A stretch of DNA of 63,081 nt, counting the filler, from Nemertoderma westbladi (lineage: Eukaryota; Animalia; Xenacoelomorpha): assembly GCA_032718475.1 (NCBI GenBank). It is 3 parts of 3 records of this genome, joined end to end, with 100 filler letters (N's around TTAATTAATTAA, not from the genome) between each part and the next. Parts side by side here need not be neighbours in the genome. Positions count along the whole stretch, not along the records: positions 22,679 to 41,571 come from JAUCBJ010003509.1; positions 41,672 to 63,081 come from JAUCBJ010000222.1; 1 more part is not named here. One strand, written 5' to 3'. Positions 38,701 to 51,000 of this stretch are shown here, in pieces. Numbering within the stretch: position 1 is the first letter of the stretch; each line of letters opens with the position of its first letter. The notes under the pieces are model-generated. The model saw only the letters and a program-made list of their open reading frames with translations, ran no database searches and was not told the origin of the DNA. Position numbers and translations under genes: made by a program.

Positions 38701-40283
38701 GGACAGAGACCATAGGGTTTATGTGTGTATGCTAGACGCCAGCAAAGCTTTTGACAAAGTTAACCACTTTGTACTTTTTCGCAAACTTATTGATCGAAAT
38801 ATTCCCCTATATATTGTGCGTCTGATTATTTATTGGTATAGGTCGCAGTTGATGTGTGTTGTTTGGGCGGGTATAGTCTCACCGAAATTTACGGTGACTA
38901 ATGGTACAAAACAGGGTGGCATTCTGTCTCCCCTGTTTTTCAATGTTTATTTAGATGATTTAAGCATTCAATTAACATTAAGCGGGGTTGGATGTTATAT
39001 GGGTAATATCAGGGTAAATCACTTGGGTTATGCTGATGATATCTGTTTGCTGTCAAACTCAATTTACGGGTTACAAAAGTTAATAGATGTTGCTGTTAGT
39101 TACGCCTCTAATAACTCTATGACTTTCAATAAGAAGAAATCTAAATGTATGTATTTTTTACCAAGAGATATAAGCTGCAGCGCTAAGTCCGCAGTATTTC
39201 TTTATGATGTGAAACTTGATATTGTTGATAAATTTAACTACTTAGGACATTTAATACATTGTACGTTAGATGACGATTTTGATATCCGTAAGCAGACTAA
39301 TAGCTTATACGCACGTGGTAATATGTTGCTACGCAAGTTTGGCAATTGCAGCCGACCAGTTAAGCTTGCTTTATTCCGAGCCTATTGCACCCCCATATAT
39401 TGCAACTCGCTCTGGGCAAAGCGCAGCTATTCTGACAGTGCACATAATAAACTACGAGTAGCATACAATAATTGTGCTAGATTTCTATTTAAAATACCCC
39501 GTATAACTGATGGAGAATCCACTAGTATTTCTCTGACATTTGGTCTACTGAATATACCTTTATTCATTCACTTACGTTATAAATCGATTACGAGTTTGTT
39601 CAACAGGGTTGACAACATTGACAATAGCATCCTACGGGGTGTGTCTGTTATCTGTCGCCAACATGGCGTTTCGCGTATTCGTGAAATGTTGAACTTAAAT
39701 TACGTAAAATAACACTAATTACTGTAATATAGTTGTGCTGTGCTAATAGTTAATAATCTTACTTACTTATGCTTTTCATGTACTCCATATTATTTAGACT
39801 CATCTACCTGTGTATTCAATATTGTCCAATTTAATTATGTACTTATTTTTACTATGTGCCTTAATGGCGTGGATTAAAAGATAATAATAATATAGGAGGG
39901 AGATATAGGAAGTAAGTTGGACAGAGACCATAGTATGGAGATAGAGGAAGTAAGTTGGACAGAGACCATAGGATGGAGATAGAGGAAGTAAGTTGGACAG
40001 AGACCATAGGATGGAGATAGAGGAAGTAAGTTGGACAGATACCATAGGATGGATATAGAGGAAGTAAGTTGGACAGAGACCATATAGGTGGAGATAGAGG
40101 AAGTAAGTTGGACAGATACCATAGGTGGAGATAGAGGAAGTAAGTTGGACAGATACCATAGGATGGAGATAGAGGAAGTAAGTTGGACAGAGACCATAGG
40201 ATGGATGTAATAGATTTTTCGCGCCTCCGTAGGCAAATATAAAAAATACACTCCGTCGTGATTCTAATTTAAAAATGCAATAA
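23718..40283 (+). CDS. Unidentified E/K/L-rich coiled-coil protein, 3' exons
   Basis: Exons 23718-23936 (EVDELKRRLEELEAQL...KLKLK), 28466-28629 (MNQEKQDIL...IGELEE), 30820-30910 (LLRHHENDIQNKLIDYESKKDRDHRMEIEE) splice in phase 0/2/0; candidate terminal exon 40233-40283 (ANIKNTLRRDSNLKMQ*) is less certain. Confidence 0.72.
23984..25593. repeat. 22-bp minisatellite (CAGACAGCATCCGCAATGTCTG), ~73 copies
   Basis: Periodicity directly visible; starts ~47 nt after the donor at 23937. Confidence 0.95.
25906..26392 (+). mobile_element. 5'-truncated RTE-like LINE with (TAG)3 tail and 12-bp TSD
   Basis: ORF 26015-26353 ([26 protein letters not shown]); TAGCGTAAAAAC at 25879-25890 and 26390-26401. Confidence 0.9.
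28200..28435 (-). mobile_element. BEL/Pao LTR-retrotransposon remnant (integrase C-terminal, DUF5641-like)
   Basis: LKPGDHVLLAETNLKRRLWLTGVI...GVIRTVTVRT..G.TVDRPIQRLVLLE fits the family pattern GD.VL......R..W..G.I....G..G.VR.V.V.T..G...RPI..L..L. Confidence 0.75.
28645..30745. repeat. 42-bp minisatellite (CCAATGAGTAGCCAGTTGAGTGGGTATGGCGTTTACGGTTAA), ~43 copies to 30467 plus ~2 copies after a poly-C run
   Basis: Periodicity directly visible; fills most of intron 28630-30819. Confidence 0.93.
30880..40205 (+). repeat. 38-bp array, ~210 copies: last 31 nt of exon 30820-30910 + donor GTAAGTT; interrupted by a LINE
   Basis: Unit GGACAGAGACCATAGGATGGAGATAGAGGAA|GTAAGTT; first copy is the exon end (DRDHRMEIEE). 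Confidence 0.93.
38717..39892 (+). mobile_element. 5'-truncated non-LTR retrotransposon (RTEX-like reverse transcriptase) inserted in the 38-bp array
   Basis: Open frame to 39712 with LDASKAFDKVNH, GTKQGGILSPLFFNVYLDDL, HLGYADD, FNYLGH; 3' UTR then (TAA)n tail; short ATAGG duplication at both junctions. Clade label tentative. Confidence 0.88.
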
Positions 40284-40345
40284 TCACGACACAATTATTC
40301 CCTTTTTCCCCCTTTCCCATCGTAATATTTCTCTCCGATTATGAT

Positions 40346-40408
40346 TGACTAAGATAAGATTTACTAAGATAAGATTGACTAAGATAAGATTTACTAAGAT
40401 AAGATTTA
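40346..40408. repeat. 15-bp tandem repeat (GATTTACTAAGATAA) x4-5
   Basis: Directly visible between the convergent gene ends. Confidence 0.8.
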
Positions 40409-40775
40409 CTAAGATAAGATTTACTAAGAAGTGCTAAGTGAATTGATTTTAAATAGTTTTGTTGATAAATCAATATTTATAATTTAATTATCCGAACAGA
40501 ATCATCCATGTCGTAACATGTCGTATATAATTACCAATATATAAATTATACTGTAGGCCTAATAAAAAGATAAGCCTAAAACAATGTTATATTGTATATA
40601 ATTATTCAGAAATAAAATACTAACTGTATAAAACAATAAATAATCTTTATACACGCGAAAGATAAAAATAAATTACCTTATTTGCACAAAAACGGAACCT
40701 GTGAGATGTAATTACCGATATAATGTGGGGGGTTATTATCGGATGTCATTATATAATGTGGCTGGAATGCAATCA

Positions 40776-41534
<759 letters not shown>

Positions 41535-41571
41535 CTAGAGTATAACAACATAGAAACCGTGTAGATAGATA

Positions 41572-41671
41572 NNNNNNNNNNNNNNNNNNNNNNNNNNNNN
41601 NNNNNNNNNNNNNNNTTAATTAATTAANNNNNNNNNNNNNNNNNNNNNNNNNNNNNNNNNNNNNNNNNNNN
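41572..41671. other. Artificial linker/gap: N44-TTAATTAATTAA-N44
   Basis: Same spacer as 22579-22678. Confidence 0.97.
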
Positions 41672-41684
41672 GAAGCTTTTACAG

Positions 41685-44600
41685 ACTCGCTATATTTACC
41701 TGTAGGGATGAAGGACTCTCTATATTTACCTGTAGGGATGTAGGACTCTCTATATTTACCTGTAGGGATGTAGGACTCTCTATATTTACCTGTAGGGATG
41801 TAGGACTCTCTATATTTACCTGTAGGGATGTAGGACTCTCTATATTTACCTGTAGGGATGTAGGACTCTCTATATTTACCTGTAGGGATGTAGGACTCTC
41901 TATATTTACCTGTAGGGATGTAGGACTCTCTATATTTACCTGTAGGGATGTAGGACTCTCTACATTTACCTGTAGGGATGTAGGACTCTCTATATTTACC
42001 TGTAGGGATGTAGGACTCTCTATATTTACCTGTAGGGATGTAGGACTCTCTACATTTACCTGTAGGGATGTAGGACTCTCTATATTTACCTGTAGGGATG
42101 TAGGACTCTCTATATTTACCTGTAGGGATGTAGGACTCTCTATATTTACCTGTAGGGATGTAGGACTCTCTATATTTACCTGTAGGGATGTAGGACTCTC
42201 TATATTTACCTGTAGGGATGTAGGACTCTCTACATTTACCTGTAGGGATGTAGGACTCTCTATATTTACCTGTAGGGATGTAGGACTCTCTATATTTACC
42301 TGTAGGGATGTAGGACTCTCTACATTTACCTGTAGGGATGTAGGACTCTCTATATTTACCTGTAGGGATGTAGGACTGGCTATATTTACCTGTAGGGATG
42401 TAGGACTCTCTATATTGACCTGTAGGGATGTAGGACTCTCTATATTTACCTGTAGGGATGTAGGACTCTCTATATTTACCTGTAGGAATGTATGACTCTC
42501 TATATTTACCTGTAGGGATGTAGGACTCTCTATATTTACCTGTAGGAATGTATGACTCTCTATATTTACCTGTAGGGATGTAGGACTCTCTATATTTACC
42601 TGTAGGAATGTATGACTCTCTATATTTACCTGTAGGGATGTAGGACTGGCTATATTTACCTGTAGGGATGTAGGACTCTCTATATATTTACCTGTAGGGA
42701 TGTAGGACTCTATATATTTACCTGTGGGGATGTAGGACTCTCTATATTTACCTGTAGGGATGTAGGACTCTCTATATTTACCTGTAGGGATGTAGGACTC
42801 TCTATATTTACCTGTAGGGATGTAGGACTGGCTATATTTACCTGTAGGGATGTAGGACTCTCTATATATTTACCTGTAGGGATGTAGGACTCTATATATT
42901 TACCTGTGGGGATGTAGGACTCTCTATATTTACCTGTAGGGATGTAGGACTCTCTATATTTACCTGTAGGGATGTAGGACTCTCTATATTTACAGGGATG
43001 TAGGACTCTCTATATTTACAGGGATGTAGGACTCTCTATATTTACCTGTAGGGATGTAGGACTCTCTATATTTACCTGTAGGGATGTAGGACTCTCTATA
43101 TTTACAGGGATGTAGGACTCTCTATACTTACCTGTAGGGATGTAGGACTCTCTATATTTACCTGTAGGGATGTAGGACTCTCTATATTTACCTGTAGGGA
43201 TGTAGGACTCTTTATATTTACCTGTAGGGATGTAGGACTCTCTATATTTACCTGTATGGATGTAGGACTCTCTATATTTACCTGTAGGGATGTAGGACTC
43301 TCTATATATTTACCTGTAGGGATGTAGGACTCTCTATATATTTACCTGTAGGGATGTAGGACTCTCTATATTTACAGGGATGTAGGACTCTCTATATATT
43401 TACCTGTAGGGATGTAGGACTCTCTATATTTACCTGTAGGGATGTAGGACTCTCTATATTTACCTGTAGGGATGTAGGACTCTCTATATTTACAGGGATG
43501 TAGGACTCTCTATATTTACCTGTAGGGATGTAGGACTCTCTATATTTACAGGGATGTAGGACTCTCTATATTTACCTGTATGGATGTAGGACTCTCTATA
43601 TTTACCTGTAGGGATGTAGGACTCTCTATATTTACCTGTAGGGATGTAGGACTCTCTATATATTTACCTGTAGGGATGTAGGACTCTCTATATATTTACC
43701 TGTAGGGATGTAGGACTCTCTATATTTACAGGGATGTAGGACTCTCTATATATTTACCTGTAGGGATGTAGGACTCTCTATATTTACCTGTAGGGATGTA
43801 GGACTCTCTATATTTACCTGTAGGGATGTAGGACTCTCTATATTTACAGGGATGTAGGACTCTCTATATTTACCTGTAGGGATGTAGGACTCTCTATATT
43901 TACAGGGATGTAGGACTCTCTATATTTACCTGTATGGATGTAGGACTCTCTATATTTACCTGTAGGGATGTAGGACTCTCTATATTTACCTGTAGGGATG
44001 TAGGACTCTCTATATATTTACCTGTAGGGATGTAGGACTCTCTATATATTTACCTGTAGGGATGTAGGACTCTCTATATTTACAGGGATGTAGGACTCTC
44101 TATATATTTACCTGTAGGGATGTAGGACTCTCTATATTTACCTGTAGGGATGTAGGACTCTCTATATTTACCTGTAGGGATGTAGGACTCTCTATATTTA
44201 CAGGGATGTAGGACTCTCTATATTTACCTGTAGGGATGTAGGACTCTCTATATTTACAGGGATGTAGGACTCTCTATATTTACCTGTATGGATGTAGGAC
44301 TCTCTATATTTACCTGTAGGGATGTAGGACTCTCTATATTTACCTGTAGGGATGTAGGACTCTCTATATTTACAGGGATGTAGGACTCTCTATATTTACC
44401 TGTATGGATGTAGGACTCTCTATATTTACCTGTAGGGATGTAGGACTCTCTATATATTTACCTGTAGGGATGTAGGACTCTCTATATATTTACCTGTAGG
44501 GATGTAGGACTCTCTATATTTACCTGTAGGGATGTAGGACTCTCTATATTTACCTGTAGGGATGTAGGACTCTCTATATTTACAGGGATGTAGGACTCTC

Positions 44601-47600
44601 TATATTTACCTGTAGGGATGTAGGACTCTCTATATTTACAGGGATGTAGGACTCTCTATATTTACCTGTAGGGATGTATGACTCTCTATATTTACCTGTA
44701 GGGATGTAGGACTCTCTATATATTTACCTGTAGGGATGTAGGACTCTCTATATTTACCTGTAGGGATGTAGGACTCTCTACATTTACCTGTAGGAATGTA
44801 TGACTCTCTATATTTACCTGTAGGGATGTAGGACTCTCTATATTTACCTGTAGGAATGTATGACTCTCTATATTTACCTGTAGGGATGTAGGACTCTCTA
44901 TATTTACCTGTAGGGATGTAGGACTCTCTATATTTACCTGTAGGGATGTAGGACTCTCTATATTTACCTGTAGGGATGTAGGACTCTCTACATTTACCTG
45001 TAGGGATGTAGGACTCTCTATATTTACCTGTAGGGATGTATGACTCTCTATATTTACCTGTAGGGATGTATGACTCTCTATATTTACCTGTAGGGATGTA
45101 GGACTCTCTATATTTACCTGTAGGGATGTAGGACTCTCTACATTTACCTGTAGGGATGTAGGACTCTCTATATTTACCTGTAGGGATGTATGACTCTCTA
45201 TATTTACCTGTAGGGATGTATGACTCTCTATATTTACCTGTAGGGATGTAGGACTCTCTATATTTACAGGGATGTAGGACTCTCTATACTTACCTGTAGG
45301 GATGTAGGACTCTCTATATTTACCTGTAGGGATGTAGGACTCTCTATATTTACCTGTAGGGATGTAGGACTCTTTATATTTACCTGTAGGGATGTAGGAC
45401 TCTCTATATTTACCTGTATGGATGTAGGACTCTCTATATTTACCTGTAGGGATGTAGGACTCTCTATATATTTACCTGTAGGGATGTAGGACTCTCTATA
45501 TATTTACCTGTAGGGATGTAGGACTCTCTATATTTACCTGAAGGGATGTAGGACTCTCTATATTTACCTGTAGGGATGTAGGACTCTCTATATTTACCTG
45601 TAGGGATGTAGGACTCTCTATATTTACCTGTAGGGGTGTAGGACTCTCTATATTTACCTGTAGGAATGTATGACTCTCTATATTTACCTGTAGGGATGTA
45701 GGACTCTCTATATTTACAGGGATGTATGACTCTCTATATTTACCTGTAGGGATGTAGGACTCTCTATATTTACCTGTAGGGATGTAGAACTGACTATATT
45801 TACCTGTAGGAATGTATGACTCTCTATATTTACCTGTAGGGATGTAGGACTCTCTATATTTACCTGTAGGGATGTAGAACTGACTATATTTACCTGTAGG
45901 AATGTATGACTCTCTATATTTACCTGTAGGGATGTAGGACTCTCTATATTTACAGGGATGTAGGACTCTCTATATTTACCTGAAGGGATGTAGGACTCTC
46001 TATATTTACCTGTAGGGATGTAGGACTCTCTATATTTACCTGAAGGGATGTAGGACTCTCTATATTTACCTGTAGGGATGTAGGACTCTCTATATTTACC
46101 TGTAGGGATGTAGGACTCTCTACATTTACCTGTAGGGATGTAGGACTCTCTATATTTACCTGTAGGGATGTAGGACTGGCTATATTTACCTGTAGGAATG
46201 TATGACTCTCTATATTTACCTGTAGGGATGTAGGACTCTCTATATTTACAGGGATGTAGGACTCTCTATATTTACCTGTAGGGATGTAGGACTCTCTATA
46301 TTTACAGGGATGTAGGACTCTCTATATTTACCTGTAGGGATGTAGGACTCTCTATATTTACCTGTAGGGATGTAGGACTCTCTATATTTACCTGTAGGAA
46401 TGTATGACTCTCTATATTTACCTGTAGGGATGTAGGACTCTCTATATTTACCTGTAGGGATGTAGGACTCTCTATATTTACCTGTAGGGATGTAGGACTC
46501 TCTATATTTACCTGTAGGGATGTAGAACTCTCTATATTTACCTGTAGGGATGTAGGACTCTCTATATTTACCTGTAGGGATGTAGGACTCTCTATATTTA
46601 CCTGTAGGGATGTAGGACTCTCTACATTTACCTGTAGGGATGTAGGACTCTCTATATTTACCTGAAGGGATGTAGGACTCTCTATATTTACCTGTAGGGA
46701 TGTAGGACTCTCTATATTTACAGGGATGTAGGACTCTCTATATTTACCTGTAGGGATGTAGGACTCTCTATATTTACAGGGATGTAGGACTCTCTATATT
46801 TACCTGTAGGGATGTAGGACTCTCTATATTTACCTGTAGGGATGTAGAACTCTCTATATTTACCTGTAGGGATGTAGGACTCTCTATATTTACCTGTAGG
46901 GATGTAGGACTCTCTATATTTACCTGTAGGGATGTAGGACTCTCTATATTTACCTGTAGGGATGTAGAACTCTCTATATTTACCTGTAGGGATGTAGGAC
47001 TCTCTATATTTACCTGAAGGGATGTAGGACTCTCTATATTTACCTGAAGGGATGTAGGACTGGCTATATTTACCTGTAGGGATGTAGGACTCTCTATATT
47101 TACCTGAAGGGATGTAGGACTCTCTATATTTACCTGTAGGGATGTAGGACTCTCTATATATTTACCTGTAGGGATGTAGGACTCTCTATATTTACCTGTA
47201 GGGATGTAGGACTCTCTATATTTACCTGTAGGGATGTAGGACTCTCTACATTTACCTGTAGGGATGTAGGACTCTCTATATTTACCTGTAGGGATGTAGG
47301 ACTGGCTATATTTACCTGTAGGGATGTAGGACTCTCTATATTTACCTGTAGGGATGTAGAACTCTCTATATTTACCTGTAGGGATGTAGGACTCTCTATA
47401 TTTACCTGTAGGGATGTAGGACTCTCTATATTTACCTGTAGGGATGTAGGACTCTCTATATTTACCTGTAGGGATGTAGAACTCTCTATATTTACCTGTA
47501 GGGATGTAGGACTCTCTATATTTACCTGAAGGGATGTAGGACTCTCTATATTTACCTGAAGGGATGTAGGACTGGCTATATTTACCTGTAGGGATGTAGG

Positions 47601-48088
47601 ACTCTCTATATTTACCTGAAGGGATGTAGGACTCTCTATATTTACCTGTAGGGATGTAGGACTCTCTATATATTTACCTGTAGGGATGTAGGACTCTCTA
47701 TATTTACCTGTAGGGATGTAGGACTCTCTATATTTACCTGTAGGGATGTAGGACTCTCTACATTTACCTGTAGGGATGTAGGACTCTCTATATTTACCTG
47801 TAGGGATGTAGGACTGGCTATATTTACCTGTAGGGATGTAGGACTCTCTATATTTACCTGTAGGGATGTAGAACTCTCTATATTTACCTGTAGGGATGTA
47901 GGACTCTCTATATTTACCTGTAGGGATGTAGGACTCTCTATATTTACCTGTAGGGATGTAGGACTCTCTATATTTACCTGTAGGGATGTAGGACTCTCTA
48001 TATTTACCTGAAGGGATGTAGGACTCTCTATATTTACCTGTAGGGATGTATGACTCTCTATATTTACCTGTAGGGATGTAGGACTCTC
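41685..48088 (-). repeat. 30-bp array (26/32-bp variants), >=~210 copies: last 21 nt of Dscam TM exon + donor GTAAATATA
   Basis: Minus unit GAGAGTCCTACATCCCTACAG|GTAAATATA; first copy is the exon end (RESYIPT); runs essentially to the segment edge. Confidence 0.95.
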
Positions 48089-51000
48089 TCGAGAACTTGC
48101 GATAAAATACGTAGATAACAACTGCGAGAATAAGTAATCCCATTGCCAAGCAACCAGTAAACAAACCAACGACAGTAGGGTCATCAAAGAACCCGTCATC
48201 GAGTTTAACTAACGGTTCCAGGTGGGTGACCATGTTGCGTTTTGGGATGTAGGGCTCTGAAACATAAATACAGTTGAATAAATCAATAATTGTTATATTA
48301 TATATTAGTTTGATTTAGGTTGGAACATATTGGCTGACTGACCGACCGACCGACCGACAACAAACTTACGTCCATTGTTATAAGTGGTTGCCACCACGGT
48401 ATCCATGACACTGGGTCCGGCCGAATTGTACGAGATCACTTTCACGTCGTACTGAGTGTGAGGGAACAGGTCCTTTATAAGAAAGATATCAGTGTTCGGA
48501 CTGACCCACCCAGCAACCTGTTTCCAGTCTGTGTTAACATCGGGTGGCGCCTAGAATGGTAAAGTTATACTTCTTAAAAAAATTATTAACAAACAGTTTC
48601 AAAATTATTTTACTTAATTTAAATTTAGAATAAAATAATAACTTTTGCATTCAAAATTATTTTTTAATCATTTCAAGACTGGCTTGGTCACTGGTGTTAT
48701 CTGTTTGATACTTTTTTATTTATTGTTTTATTTACATATCTATATTGTAACCATAGTGCAACCATAGTGTACGGTAAACTTCTAAATAAGTACATCAATG
48801 AAAATGAAATAAAGCTTAGGACAAGAAAATAGAAAATCATATCAATTTCAAGATTACCTTTGCTTTTATTTGAATGCTGTAATGTTGAATCTGACATCCG
48901 CCGTTCTTCCAGCTGGACAGTTTCAACCTAATCGTAGTATTGTTAACCAGGTCTATCAATTCGTCTCTTTGGGGTTTCCGTGCAACGGTCCCATTGGTTG
49001 AAACGCGGAGATGGAACGAAGGCTTCCCAGTGCCGACTTCATTGAATGCAGTCATATAGAACATGTAGGGGTTACCGCAGCTGAGGTTAGTGAACGTGTA
49101 TTCCCTTCCGTATGAAGGCAGAGAGTGAGTGGTCCACATATCTTTGGTTTCTGGGGCCTAATAATTATTAATTATTGGAAATATAGATACTAAAATAACT
49201 AATTAGTTATATATAAAGGAATGCCCGTCCACCACCATGAGTAATCTTCCGCAGTAAACCCCTCCACTCTGTTTCCTAAAGGAATGCCTGTTCACCACCA
49301 TGGGTGATCTTCCACAGTAAACCCTTCCACTCTGTTTCCTAAAGGAATGCCTGTTCACCACCATGGGTGATCTTCCACAGTAAACCCTTCCACTCTGTTT
49401 CCTAAAGGAATGCCTGTTCACCACCATGGGTGATCTTCCACAGTAAACCCTTCCACTCTGTTTCCTAAAGGAATGCCTGTTCACCACCATGGGTGATCTT
49501 CCACAGTAAACCCTTCCACTCTGTTTCCTAAAGGAATGCCGGTTCACCACCATGGGTAATCTTCCACAGTAAACCCTTCCACTCTGTTTCCTAAAGGAAT
49601 GCCTGTTCACCACCATGGGTGATCTTCCACAGTAAACCCTTCCACTCTGTTTCCTAAAGGAACGCCTGTTCACCACCATTGGTGATCATCCACAGTAAAC
49701 CCTTTCACTCTGTTTCCTAAATGAATGTCTGTTCACCACTATGGGTGATCTTCCACAGTAAACCCTTCCACTATGTTTCCTAAAGGAATGCATATTCACC
49801 ACCATGGTTGATCTTCCACAGTAAACCCTTCCACTCTGTTTCCCAAAGGAATTCCTGTTCGCCACCATGGGTGATCTTCCGCAGTAAACCCTTCCACTCT
49901 GTTTCCCAAAGGAATTCCTGTTCACCACCATGGGTGATCTTCCACAGTAAACCCTTCCACTCTGTTTCCCAAAGGAATTCCTGTTCACCACCATGGGTGA
50001 TCTTCCACAGTAAACCCTTCCACTCTGTTTCCCAAAGGAATTCCTGTTCACCACCATGGGGGATTTTCCACAGTAAACCCTTCCACTCTGTTTCCTAAAG
50101 GAATGCCTGTTCAACACCATGGGTGATCTTCCACAGTAAACCCTTCCACTCTGTCTCCTAAAGGAATGCCTGTTCACCACCATGGGTAATCTTCCGCAGT
50201 AAACCCTTCCACTCTGTTTCCGAAAGGAATTCCTGTTCACCACCATGGGTGATCTTCCACAGTAAACCCTTCCACTCTGTTTCCCAAAGGAATTCCTGTT
50301 CACCACCATGGGTTATCTTCCACAGTAAACCCTTCCACTCTGTTTCCTTAAGGAATGCCTGTTCACCACCATGGCTGATCTTCCACAGTAAACCCTTCCA
50401 CTCTGTTTCCTAAAGGAATTCCTGTTCACCACCATGGGTGATCTTCCACAGTAAACCCTTCCACTCTGTTTCCCAAAGGAATTCCTGTTCACCACCATGG
50501 GTGATCTTCCACAGTAAACCCTTCCACTCTGTTTCCCAAAGGAATTCCTGTTCACCACCATGGGTTATCTTCCACAGTAAACCCTTCCACTCTGTTTCCT
50601 TAAGGAATGCCTGTTCACCACCATGGCTGATCTCCCACAGTAAACCCTTCCACTCTGTTTCCTAAAGGAATTCCTGTTCACCACCATGGGTGATTTTCCA
50701 CAGTAAACCCTTCCACTCTGTTTCCCAAAGGAATTCCTGTTCACCACCATGGGTGATCTTCCACAGTAAACCCTTCCACTCTGTTTCCTAAAGGAATGCC
50801 TGTTCACCACCCTGGGTGATCTTCCACAGTAAACCCTTCCACTCTGTTTCCTAAAGGAATGCCTGTTCACCACCACGGGTGATCTTCCACAGTAAACCCT
50901 TCCACTCTGTTTCCCAAAGGAATTCCTGTTCACCACCATGGGTGATCTTCCACAGTAAACCCTTCCACTCTGTTTCCTAAAGGAATGCCTGTTCACCATC

